DNA of 64,000 nucleotides, taken from the NCBI RefSeq assembly GCF_009914755.1, contig NC_060929.1; one strand, written 5' to 3'. The translations under genes and the position numbers were made by a program. The DNA is from the human T2T-CHM13v2.0 reference genome, Homo sapiens. The notes under the pieces are model-generated. The model was not told the DNA's origin. It did no database searches and worked only from the letters and a program-made list of their open reading frames with translations. This document shows positions 14,935 through 31,045 of this stretch, piece by piece (the stretch's first letter is position 1; each line of letters opens with the position of its first letter).

Positions 14935-16867
14935 TGTGCAGTAAATGCAGTTTGTTCTGTAACTAAAAAATGAAGTTATTTAGAATTGGCAGCTTGAAAA
15001 TTCAAGGTAAAAGCATTCTCCCAAAATGAATACGTATTATTTGCTTAAATCTCTTAAAGGAAGATAGTAGAAACACAACTGGCTTTTTATAGTACACCTT
15101 CTCCTCCAAAAATTGGGTTATTTTAGTTTTGGTTTTATCTTTACTTACTTAATCTTTGGTTAAGATTATTCAAAATAATAAAGATTATACTTTAATCCTT
15201 TTGTAAATATTGACTGCATCTACCCCCAAGGTGACAGCCATTACAATAGGGCAGATAAAAATGGAGCAACTTCTTTTTGCTATTCTTAGACACTGACAAG
15301 TCATTCAAATGAAAAGCAAATTAAAATGGAGCTACTGAATAGTTTAAAAGGCAAATGTTGCCTTTCTTTGCTATCTCTTACCCAAAAACTTCAGCTTATG
15401 ATCCAAAGACAGACTGGCAATATTGTCTACTGTCTTTTATCATGCTCCAAAAAGCAGTTGATTATCTTGGAAGGGCTTCAAAAGCAATTAAGAAAATCCC
15501 TTATGTCAAGTTACATTTCAGACAGGACAAATTAGATGTATGGGAAAATGTCCTGATAAAGTACTCAAGAAATAATGAATCTGTGTACAATTTGTAATTG
15601 CTCCTGCAAAAAATTTACAACATAAAAGGGCCTGTTAACCTGAGACTGGAAGCGCACTGATGGATTTTTTTTTTCATTACAAATGCAAATGCTTTTTGAA
15701 ATTGAGCCCAGAGCATTTTTAAATGTCCAAAATGTAATTCAAAACATTGTTTATTACATTTCTGTCTGGGCTCTTCACTGCATCACAAGCTGCTTTGTAA
15801 ATGCTGATTTTTCAGCCAGCAGGTCTGCAATGAAAAATGGCCGATTTGGCTGGCTGATGTAGAGTGTGTCCTAAAGGGCATCTCTGCGACAGGATGAAGG
15901 GTAAGGGTTAGCACAAACGCCCCAGAAAGATGGTGATGGATGGTAATTGGAAAGACATTCTAGTTGTTAAGTGTCACTGAGAGTGTTGCCTTTGTTTCTA
16001 CTTTATGTATTAAAGATAGACAGATAACCTTCTATCTGCATAACCCCATCCCTGTAACTACAGAACAATGCAGGCTCCATGGATCACAGATAATAAGTTT
16101 CTCAGGGCAGGGGTTGGTGGATTGGGTGCTGGAGGCTGGAGATACTTAGTCAGAACGAGGTATCATCTAGATAGAGTACTTTTATCACATTGCTGGAAAG
16201 TTCAAATGCAATTTCCTTCCCTTATGAACTACTATTCCCCTGTGAGTAAACTGATTTCAACTCTTCTAAACTACTTGGATTTTTTTCCTCAATTTCCTAA
16301 CTTTTGAAGTATGGATGAGCTCATTGCTAATTTTCTCCCCCATGATAAACATTAGCAAGTGGGAAGTTATTATAGGGTTATTATACAATATTTATGGACC
16401 ACTTTTTATTTGTGAAGTGTTTGAAGGTCTCTTAAATATGAACTGTTTCCAAATAACCTTGGGCTCATTTTTTATCTTGATCCAAATCCCATGGAAGCAA
16501 AGCAATCATGAAGCTCTCTTAAAAGTCATTGGGAGCCCCAGGCTCAGAACCCAGCTGTGCAGCATGAACTATTAGGCCCAGTGCTGCGGGAACCTTTGAG
16601 TAACTGAACCACGGGGACTGATGCTCATTTAGGAATCAAAGTTGGTGCTTTGTTTCCTGAAGCCTTTGCCTGAGCTGAGGAAGGTGGAATAAATCCCTCA
16701 CAGGAGTTCAAATTGTATAGACTTTACTTTAAACACAAATTCTCAAAACAATTCCTTTTGAGACAGTTTAACAAAGTGATGTCTTTTCTGTTTAAAGACT
16801 GGGGAACAACAACAACAAAGCCAGTAAAAAAGCAAACTTCAGAGTATTCCTATCCACAGGATGACTC

Positions 16868-16870
<3 letters not shown>

Positions 16871-16909
<39 letters not shown>

Positions 16910-17367
16910 AGCTTGCAAGATTTAATAGAGTGAAAAAGAGTGAAAACAGAGCTCCCATACAAAGGGAGGAGACCCAAAGAGGGTTGCCATTGCCGGCTGG
17001 AATGCCTGGGTTTATATCCCGATCCTTGTCCCTCCCGCTGTGCTCTCGGGCAATAGATGATTGCCTATTTCTTTACCTCCTGTTTTTGCCTAATTAGCAT
17101 TTTAGTGAGCTCTCTGATTGGTCGGGTGTGAGCTAAGTTGCAAGCCCCGTGTTTAAAGGTGGAAGCGGTCACCTTCCCAGCTAGGCTTAGGGATTCTTAG
17201 TTGGCCTAGGAAATCCAGCTAGTCCTGTCTCTCAGTCCTCTCTCTCAACAGGAAAACCCAATTGTTGTTGGGGAGGTTGGCCGACAACTGCTCTCACTGC
17301 TTCCTGCTGAATTGGGGCGTAGTAGGGGTTGTGCAGTTGAGATTTCCTCGGGAGGGGTGCCTTCGAT
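16871..17367 (-). pseudogene. HERV-W processed retrocopy, 5'-truncated: env 3' tip, PPT, LTR17 U3-R and poly(A)
   Basis: Minus strand reads IEGTPPEEISTAQPLLRPNSAGSS (HERV-W env C-terminus), then TGAGAGACAGGACTAGCTGGATTTCCTAGGC (LTR17 start at 17234), ATTAAA, and a 37-nt T run (A tail); TSD GGATGACTC(T/C)GATTT. Confidence 0.93.
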
Positions 17368-17609
17368 GGATGACTCCGATTTCTAAGTTAGTCTTCATTA
17401 ATGTTCTCTTCCACTTTCATCAGTCCGTGTTCTCTCTTGGTGAGCTTTTTCCAATTTTCATCCACAAATATCATCACAGGTACATACTCTGAAACCTCCC
17501 GATTATTTCTGTTATGTCCATCTACCTTCCTCTGCTTTATAACTTGATCATATTCCTTTTTATCTCTCACCAAAGTATGTTTTTCTTGATTTGTTCAGTT
17601 ACCATTTGA

Positions 17610-18070
17610 CATAATAATAATAGTGTCTACTAAGTACATTTCTAAGTGCTGTACTTGTATAAATTGTGATACATTTGTGATAAAAATAACCCTATTGCAT
17701 ATTATTACTGTGCCCATTTCACAGGTGGAAGGCATGAGACACAGTGATGATAAGTGGCTCCTTGCTGTCAGGTGGTGGAGTCAGGCTTCATGCCCAGGTG
17801 ACCTGGCTCCAGAGTTCCCACTGCTTACCCCTGTTTTTCACTGGCTCTTGTAATTGGGAGAGTATCAGCTTTAAGGTCACAGAGACCTGAGTTTGAATGC
17901 AAATCTTGGCATTTACATATAAACACCCTGGAAGTTTGAGCTTGGGCAAGTTTAGCAACTTGACTGAGCTTTAGTTTCCTCAACAGTAAAACAGAGATAT
18001 TTCTGTGAAGAAAACTGAGATAACCCCTGTCAAAGTCCATGACCATGGTAGGTGCTTGATAAAATTTAAA
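17610..18070. mobile_element. Two MIR fragments
   Basis: CCCATTTCACAGGTGGAAG...GAGACACAG; GACCTGAGTTTGAATGC...TTGGGCAAGTT...AGTTTCCTCAACAGTAAAA. Confidence 0.6.
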
Positions 18071-18081
18071 ATGTCAGCTAA

Positions 18082-18245
18082 GGCAGGGTGTGGTAACTCA
18101 CACCTGTAATCCCAGCACTTTTGGAGGCTAAGTTTGACACCAGCCTTAGCAACAAAGTGAGACTTTGTCTCTACAAAATAATTAGCCGGTGTGGTGTTGC
18201 CTGCCAACTGCCACTGCACTCTAGCCTGTCTCTAAAAAAAGAAAC
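18082..18245 (+). mobile_element. Internally deleted Alu
   Basis: Alu head, middle and tail pieces collapsed into ~160 bp. Confidence 0.7.
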
Positions 18246-19475
18246 GAGTGTCAGATAATTCTTTCTCTCCCTCAATGTTCTCAGCTTCATAATTTGCAAA
18301 TGAAATTAACTAATTTTTATGTGTTGAAGAAGAGATTTAATATGTTGCTTCTAAGGTAATCTCAGATATCGTGACTTTTCAGGTTGGTGGACTTTTCAAT
18401 ACTACAGTCCACCTAGGAAGAGTTACATCTCTGAAATTGGACCAAGTCACATGTTCTTGGGTGTACTTATTTTTGATCTGGATCTTTTATATTTCACTTA
18501 CATGTTCTTGTAAGTGAAATGATCTTCAGGAAATGTTTTGAATGAGGAAATGAAGTGGAGCAGCAACCACCTGCTTGTGGGTTTGTATCGTATCACGAAG
18601 GGCTGATGGGCCAGTCTGGTGCTCCAAGAATGGCAATGACCCATGGCAAATGCCTCGGCAGTGGTGGCAGTAGAATCCTCCCTGGCCATGGGGCCAGCTG
18701 TTTCTGACTGCACACCATGTAGTGAGAAGTTCCCTTTTCAACCTGGACATTTTCTAGGAACCACATGGGCTGTTAATTTTACAATGGCAAATATAACTGC
18801 AGATGGCTGTGTGCAAGATTGGGCTGCAGGATAAACATGATGAGGTACCCACTTTCTGGGGACAAAATGGAAAGCTTTATCTTTTCTGTTACACTTATCT
18901 CAACAGCAATTAGAATCACAAGCTATTGCCAAGTTTCAGGTACACTTACTGATATGTGATGAGAAGGATATGAAAAGTTTGTTGTATTCAACAAATGAGC
19001 CCTTCCTCGAATAAGCCCTCACATCATTTTTATCATCAGCTTGAACTAATACTTTGCTCTACACCCCCTACTTTACTTGACTTTTCCCCATGTAAATTTG
19101 GGCATGTTAATCCACAGGCATTTATTTATTATCTACTCTGTGTGCTTTCCTGTGCATTTGGAAATATCAAGAAAAAATCAAGTCCGATCTTCATCCTTAA
19201 GGATCTTGAAATCGAATAAGAGCTAAGAATAAAACATACACAAATGCTATACGAACATATTAATATTTTTGGAATGGCTATTTGCAAACTACCAGTTATT
19301 TAGTTTTTTTATAGATATAGTCTATGCATAAATTAAGCATATATTTATGTACATATTCCATTTTAAAAATACAGTTGAAAGGATGTTGTACATACTGTTG
19401 TATTCCTTGCCTTTTTCATTGAATAGTATGTTTTGTAGGTCATTTTATAGCTGTACATATGTATCTGCTCCATTA

Positions 19476-21310
<1,835 letters not shown>

Positions 21311-21825
21311 TGCTCCATTCTTTTCAATAGCCTCATAGTATGTCATGTGAAAATCAGTTATTTTCTTTTATTATTACCTTATTGTTGTCAGCCCAAACAG
21401 GTACATTGAATCTGATCATTCACCTTCTCAATCTTGACTTAAATGAATTTTAATTCATTAAAAAAATGACTCTTAAGGGAGAAAGTGTTAGTAACTGAAG
21501 ATTTTGACATAGATGTTTGGGATATCATTGAAACAAGTATAGGTCTTTTCTCTGTGACTATTTTGAAGGAGATGACATTTAGTTGGATTTATATTCTGGC
21601 TTATTTATTTTAAAAAGCAGCCTTATGAAGTCACAGTCATAACAACATAAACAAGTGCTAAGAAAGCACTGAAGGTGTTCTGAGTATGGAGCAATTGTGA
21701 GAGTGATTTTTAATAAAGTGGTGCCCTTTTGTGTCGTGGCTGCCATAACAGTAGATGTAATCCCTGCCCCACTGCTCCATTCACATGTGAAACTGGGGCT
21801 TTGGCTTCCTTAGTCTACTTGCTGA

Positions 21826-22850
21826 TTTTATTTTATTTTATTGTGGTAAGAATACTTGGCATGAAGTCTAACCTCTTCATAAATTTCTGAGTGTACAATT
21901 CAGTATTATTAATTATAGGGATAATGTTGTACAGCAGATATCAAGAACTTATTCATCCTGTATAACAGACTTTATGGCCATTGATAAGCAACTCCTATTT
22001 CCCCTTCCTTCTAGCCTCTGGCAGCTGTCATTCTACTCTCTCTTACATGAGTTGCACTACTTTAGATTGCTCTTATAAATGGAATCATGCAGATTTGTTT
22101 TTCTGTGACTGGCTTATTTCACTTAGCATAATGTCCTCAGGATCTATCCATGTTACCTCATATTGCAGGATTTCCTCTTTTTTAAGCTGAATAATAATTG
22201 ACTGTATGTATATACCACATTTTCTTTATCCATTCTTCTGTTGATGGACAGTTAGATTGTTTCCATGGCTTAGCTATTGTGAATAGTGCTGCAATGAACA
22301 TGGGAGTGCTAATATCTATTTGAGATCCTGATTTCAATTCTTTTGGATAAATATCCAAAGTTGAATTCCTGGATCATATGGTAGTTCTATTTTTAATTTT
22401 TTGAGGAATCTCTATACTGTTTTCCATGGTGGTTGCATCATTTTGCTTTCTTGCTAATAATGTACAAGGGTTCCAATTTTTCCACATCTTATCCAACATG
22501 AGTTGTCTTTTGTTTTTTGAGCCTAGCTATTCTAATAGGTGTGAGGTGATATCTCATGATGGGTTTTCTTTGTATTTCCCTGATGATTAGTGATCTTGAG
22601 CATCTTTTCATATACCTATTGGCCATTTGCATGTCTTATTTGGAGAACTATCTATTCAAGTTTTAAACCCATCTAAAAATCATGACTAGTTTTTTTTTTT
22701 TTTTTTTGCTATCAACTTATAATAATTCTTTGTATATTTTGTAAATTAACCCCTTATCTGATGTATGCTTTACAGGCATTTTCTCCCGTTCTGTAATTAC
22801 CTTTTCAGTCTGTTGTTTTTTTCCTTTTCTGCACTCTTGTTTTTACTGTT
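21826..22850 (-). mobile_element. L1MA/MB 3' fragment
   Basis: GTACAGCAGATATCAAGAACTTATTCATC; GCTATTGTGAATAGTGCTGCAATGAACATGGGAGTGC. Confidence 0.85.
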
Positions 22851-23049
22851 GTTATTGTTTCTTTGCTTGTATGTTTAAAAGCATCATAAAAAAGAAAATA
22901 ACATGCTCAGCAAACTTTAACTGGTAATTTCCATTTTTAATACCGTAAGAGCTGATGCTTATAATGCTGTTTTAGAAATTCTGAGATGCCTGTATTATTG
23001 TTGAAGAAAAACAAAATCCATGCCAGTTTAGTTGCCTATATTTTATTCT

Positions 23050-23270
23050 AAAAATTTTTAATGCATTTAACTATTGTGTCAAGTGCTATCTATGCGTTAT
23101 GTCATTGAATCCTCATGTATGTGAGGTAGGTATTCTATATTTCACCGGTGAAACAAATTCCGGGAAACTAAATAACACCCTAGTTACACAGTAAGTAGCA
23201 AAGATGGAACTGAGATCTGGTTGTATCCAAAGCCCATATTATTTTTGTTCTGCCACACTACCTCTAAGTC
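23050..23270 (-). mobile_element. MIR fragment
   Basis: TCATTGAATCCTCA...GTGAGGTAGGTATT...GTTACACAGTAAGTAGC. Confidence 0.5.
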
Positions 23271-24039
23271 TTTGAAAACTGTGGATCTGAATGTTATACA
23301 TATGCATGCACACATATACGTGCACATCCACCCACATACAATTACTAGAATAGTAGTTCTGGGACATTTGAGGTAAACTTTTGTTGTAGATAAGGGTTTA
23401 GACACCCACACTATAATGCTATACTGGTCTTTTTACTTCAAAAACCTTTTGGCAGCATTGCCAACAAGTAACCAATTTCAGTTATATGAATTTTATTTCA
23501 CCCTTGTATTGTCTGCCTTGGGTTGGTGGCGATGTGATGAGTAGGTGGAAAAGTCATTGCTTAGTGTTCACTATGTGCTATACTAAGCAAAGAACTTTGT
23601 AAGATATACATGTGGAAGCCCATCTATATCATATTAAAGCCCACTTTTCTTGAGGAAAACCTGTGCCATGTGGTTCCTATAGACTGAACTCCTCTTCTGT
23701 GCCCTGTCCAAGGGTGGTCATATTATACTCACCTAGGGGCAGAATACCCAAGTTTCCTGGCCAAAATAATTGAATCAGGACAGGCATATGACCCAAGTTG
23801 TGTAAATTTGACTTTTCCTTGAGACTTTTGCAAAAGGAAAGGCATTTTCTCTTTATTTTCTTAGGAAAAATAGTAGTAAGGGCAATGATTAGTTGCCATC
23901 TTAGCCACCATATGCAGGCTTTTGCCTAAGAATGAAGCTGAGACAAGCAGAGTCAAGAGTTTGAGAAAAAGATTTGAACTCTTAATGAAATCACTTGAAC
24001 CCTTTGATTCACTGCCTTGAACTTTCCAATCACATGAGT

Positions 24040-25380
<1,341 letters not shown>

Positions 25381-27154
25381 TCCCTGTCTTGTCATTTTTA
25401 GTTATTTTAGGTTGGATTTCTCTCATCTGAAACAAAAAAAAAGCCCTAATTTAATAAACACACTTACCTTGTTATTTTACAACAATGCTATAGTGTCAGG
25501 CATGAAACTAAGTCTTAGGTAGCTTAAATAACTTTTCCAGAATCACACAATCAATAAAAGAGCAAGGATTTGAACAAATATCTGCATGACTTCAAAATCT
25601 TATGCGTATTGTAAAAACAAACAACTGGATAAGTAATCCTTATTTTGAAATTTACCATATTTTCAAATCTTTACCTTGTTCTGGAGAAGACTTGAGGCAG
25701 AATACTTGAAAGCTGGGTCCAGGCTAGGAGAAATAATGGCACAATATTAGGAAATGTTTCAGTATTTGTGTTTTATAAGCATACAAGTAGGACTCAGTAA
25801 TTATATGGTACAGCAGGGCACTCCAATTAGCCTCAATATGCACTTCCTGTAAAAATAATTAACATTTGACAGACAGTATGATCAAATAAACCAGATTAAC
25901 AGAGGCATTTTTCCAATGGGATATATACTTGGTTTAAATCTTTGATGAACTGTTTTTCTATATTGAAGTAGTTTAAATTTAAGGAAAAGCAAACAGTAGG
26001 GCATGTTAAAATATCCATTAACTAAACATCATGAAAGGGTATAAAATGCCTCCAGCTGCCAAAAAACAATTAGGCTGCAAATATGCCTTTGGTTACCTAA
26101 CCACACATTCCCTAAACATTTAGTTCTAATTAATTTTCTTCATTACACAACAATGCCTCTCCTAATTACACTAGAGAAATTCTATAAACCTACTAGCTAT
26201 TCGAAGTCTTTATTGCACAAATTATTCTGGCAGGTCCCTATTCTAAGCAAATCCTCACTCTCTAATTTATACGTACCTCATCTCAGCAGACATGGTCTAC
26301 TTAGTAAACCCTTGACAGCCAGGCAAACTAATCCTGTATGTGACCGTATTTCAAATTAGTAATTTTAGTGAGATGTACCATCAATGATGAATAATTGAAA
26401 ACATACCAAGGTAAAGGTGAAGAGTACAAGCTCAGAAACCATGTAGCATCTGAATTCATACACATGTTGTCAAGGCTTGTGATCCCTGGACTTGCAATTG
26501 AGGCTGATTCAAAGAAACAAAATGGTGCTTTTACTGAACTCACAAAGGGTAAGCAGTCTTAAGGCACCAGAAGCAATACAGCAAATATAATAGTGGGAAG
26601 GACTGAATGGGTCCTAGAACCATAGACTTTTAGGGAGAGGCACAAACCATCACTCAATAAATAAGGAAATCAAACCCAGTGAACTGATATGATGTGACAT
26701 GCTCAAGGTTCGACATTCCTTGGCAGAGCTGTGAGTACAAGTAGGACTCCCTAATTCCCAACCAGAGCCGTCTACACAAGACAGTGCCACTCTAGAGACA
26801 GTTTAGCTCAATTTATCAGGGCCTGGTAGCTGGCTGGTAACAATGTTTCTAAGTTGAGCAAAAGACAGAGTTCAATCCCTGCTAAGCCATTTTTTTATTT
26901 CCTTTCCCAGCCACATAAAAGTTTGTGATCTTAGTTATCAGAGTTTTGGAGGATGGCACGTGAGACAATCAGTACAAATGCATCCTTAGTATTCAAAACT
27001 CAAAGCCAACGGCTGGTATTTTAGCAGCTTCACTTTCTATGCCTAGAGCATGCTGATTAGCCAACTATTTTGGCCCGGGCCTGCGGATTGGCTTTGTCGC
27101 CTTCTTGTTTTAAAAATATGAATATTTGCTCATAGCATTAGGTAAAAAATAACC

Positions 27155-27955
27155 TACAGTTTTGCTACTTAAAGTGTGGTCTGTGAATCAGCAGCATCAA
27201 TATCACTTGGGAGATATTTGCTCCCCAAACCTATAGGAACAGAATTTGCATTTAAACAAGATCCCCAGGTAATTCATATGTGCACAGAAGTTTGAGCAGC
27301 ATAGGTCTCAAGCAGTGGTCCTCAAATTGTAGTATGTGTCCTTGAATTCATCTGGCGGGTACCTCATCCCCAGAGTTTCTGGTTCTGTAGGTCTGAGCTG
27401 AGGCCGAGAATTTGCATGTCTATAAGTGTCTCCAGAGGCTTCCGAGACAAAATCTTCAATGCTTCTGTCATAGGCTCTGCTTTATCTAGGATTTTGGGGG
27501 TGTTGGAAATTCGATTGCTGGAAGTTTTGGTAGCTAAGGACTCTACCAGAGTTGTTGTTCACAGAGTGTGGACTTGTGCAGTTTCTAAAGATGATTCTGG
27601 AAATTCTGCATATTTGAGGATAGCAATAAGTCAGTAGTTCCCAATTTTAGAGAGAGGTTGTTAACAGTACAGATTCCTAGTTACTATCACCACTGAAAAA
27701 GAGAGAAAGAAAAGAAAGAAAGAAACAAAGAAAGAAAGAAAAGAAAAGAAAGAGAAAAGAAAGAAGGGAGGGAGGGAGAGAGGGAAGGAAGGAAGGAAGG
27801 AAAAAGAAAGAAAAAGAGAGAAAGAGAGATAAAGAAAAGAAAGACCCACTAACTTCAAGTTAGTGGGTCCTGAATGAGGTCCTGAAATCTGCATTTTTTA
27901 ATAAACATCCAGATGATTCTGAGACAGGTGGTCAATAGACACACTCTGAGAAACT
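27155..27955. mobile_element. Cluster of MER5 (hAT-Charlie) fragments
   Basis: AAAGTGTGGTC...CAGCAGCATCAATATCACTTGGGA; CAGTGGTCCTCAAA; CCCAGAGTTTCTGGTTCTGTAGGTCTG; AATCTGCATTTTTTAATAAAC. Confidence 0.65.
27696..27843 (+). repeat. GA-rich compound microsatellite (GAAA/GGAA/GGGA)
   Basis: ~150 bp almost purely purine. Confidence 0.95.
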
Positions 27956-28590
27956 TGATTCAAGTGATGGACATCATAGGAAAAGAGCAGCATCTGAGCC
28001 CTCTCAGCAGCTGAGTGCCAACATTGTCCCAATGCCGTGGCAAGTGCTTTTCATAATTTAGCAATTGAAGCAGTTCTAAGAAATCAGTCAACTGGGCCTG
28101 TTCCTCACTGATGTCCCAGTAGAACTTGTTCACTCCCCTTTCTTAATTATGTCTGGGCAGCAGTGGAGCACTCCGGCCGCCTGCTCTTTAATCTATTTAT
28201 CCATCTTAGAACTCCAATTAACCAGGTGCAGCCATCCATCTGGTTAATATGAGGACAAGCTGTTAATTTGTGAATGAAAAAAGAGATACGCAGACAACAA
28301 GCAAACTAGCAAGGGCCTCTGTAAGGTAACATTGACTCCAATCTTTGCAAAGCAAGGTGGGGGAACAGGGAAAATTATTTTAATGAAAGAAGGAATTGCT
28401 GTTTGTTAGAGGGAAGGGATACAGAATTGAGGCAGCTTTTGGTACTCACATGATTTGCCCTAGGTCATCTCAGAATTTAGTAACTTTAGCTGTGAAATAG
28501 AAAGATAACAATACTTAATTTTCATTTCACGGAAGTTAGGGGATGCCATGACATCAAATGAGACAAAACACCTTGTAAAAGGCAACATAC

Positions 28591-28795
28591 GGCCAGTTGT
28601 GGTGGCTCACGCCTGTAATTCCAGCACTTTGGGAGGCTGAGGCAGGCGGATCATTTGAGGTCCAGAGTTCGAGACCAGCCTGGCCAACATGGTGAAACCC
28701 TGTCTCTATTAAAAATACAAAAATTAGCGGGGCATGGTGGTGTGTGCCTGTAATCCCAGCTACTCAGGAAGCTGAGACAGAAGAATCGCTTAAAC
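28591..28795 (+). mobile_element. 3'-truncated AluSx/Sz
   Basis: Alu left arm and the start of the right arm; no tail. Confidence 0.9.
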
Positions 28796-28960
28796 TTTAG
28801 CGTGCACTGGAATCACCTGGAACTTGTTAAAACCCATCTGGCTGGCCTCTTCCTCAGAGTTCCTCATGCAATAGGTCCAAGGGAGGCCTGAGAATTTGCA
28901 TTTTTGACAAGGTGACTTTCTTAATTATGCTGGTTGTGGACCACATGTTGAAAACTACTG
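28792..28960 (+). mobile_element. MER5A
   Basis: AAACTTTAGCGTGCACTGGAATCACCTGG...GAGAATTTGCATTT...GGACCACATGTTGAAAACTACTG. Confidence 0.75.
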
Positions 28961-29509
28961 CTTCCCCGGATAATAAACAACTCTTCCCCTGGTAATAAAA
29001 TATAAGCTTCCTTACTTGAAAAGTTCATATCCTCCAGCTGAAATTCCTACTCCTGGTGACCAATGTAGGAAGAGTCATATTCTAGGTTTAGAGCTGAGTG
29101 AGGCAGTAGAAAATATGCACCTGTGACCTTGGATGCATTTGTATAAAAAAACACTGTGCTAAGCACAATTTCTTTCTTTCCATGTGTTTGAAAAAATATT
29201 TAAAGCCTTCCAACTATCCCAGGAGTTTATGATCAAGCTGCTGAGACCAAATAGACCCTATAAAACACTTTGTGAATAATTACTGAGCAAAATAAACTAT
29301 AAATGCAAAACAGCATTGCCTAAAGTTCCCAGGTGAGAACGCAGTCACATTCCTAAAAGCAGAAATCGGGATTTAAATTCCAAATGCTCAGAAAATCTAC
29401 TTTATCACTTCTTTTTTTTTTTTTTTTTACAGCCAGCTAGAGGCAAACCTCCTGACTTCAGTTCAACCAGAGATGGGGTGAAGCTTAGACCTCAGTGTCT
29501 GCACTGTGT

Positions 29510-29710
29510 AATTAGATAAAGTTTGAAAATTGTATTCTCAGGGTGTGATCTGTGAACCATCTGCAGCAGAATTGCCTTAGAAACCTATTCAATGAGCATA
29601 TTAAAAATGGTCTACTGAAATAGAAACTTGGGAGCAAGGTCTTGGAAACTTCTCATTCAGCCAGCTCTGCAGATAAATCTTATGTTTGTTTAGTTTGAGA
29701 GGACATGCTC
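29510..29710. mobile_element. MER5B-like fragment
   Basis: TTCTCAGGGTGTGATCTGTGAACCATCTGCAGCAGAAT...TAGTTTGAGA. Confidence 0.5.
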
Positions 29711-30069
29711 CAGAAGCTTCTCCCCAACCCCACCCAGCACATCAAAGTTTGAGATGATCACACTGTCCTTGAGGTAACCCTGTGTATCATGCATTAATAA
29801 GTGGCAGCTGTCCAGAGATGTTTAATTTTCAGTTTGAGCCTCAGTTTCTGGGTAGCTCCAAGGTCCTAACAGGGACTTTATCCTGCCTGTGATAGGAGCC
29901 TTCCTTTTGCACCTGAGAGGAGCACAGAGCTCCATGCTGGACAGATGGGAGCCAGGGAAGAAAGACTCTGCTACGTGCAAAAGAGGAGAGGAATCCAAAG
30001 GGAGAGAAAATGATCAGGGTCTGAGGATGAACAGCCAGGCTGCTTTTGGTTGGTTCCTAGGGAGCTTGA

Positions 30070-31045
<976 letters not shown>

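Noticed and set aside
26080-26340. G-poor, C/A-rich stretch resembling a mitochondrial insertion (NUMT)
   Set aside because: No recognisable mtDNA gene or tRNA sequence
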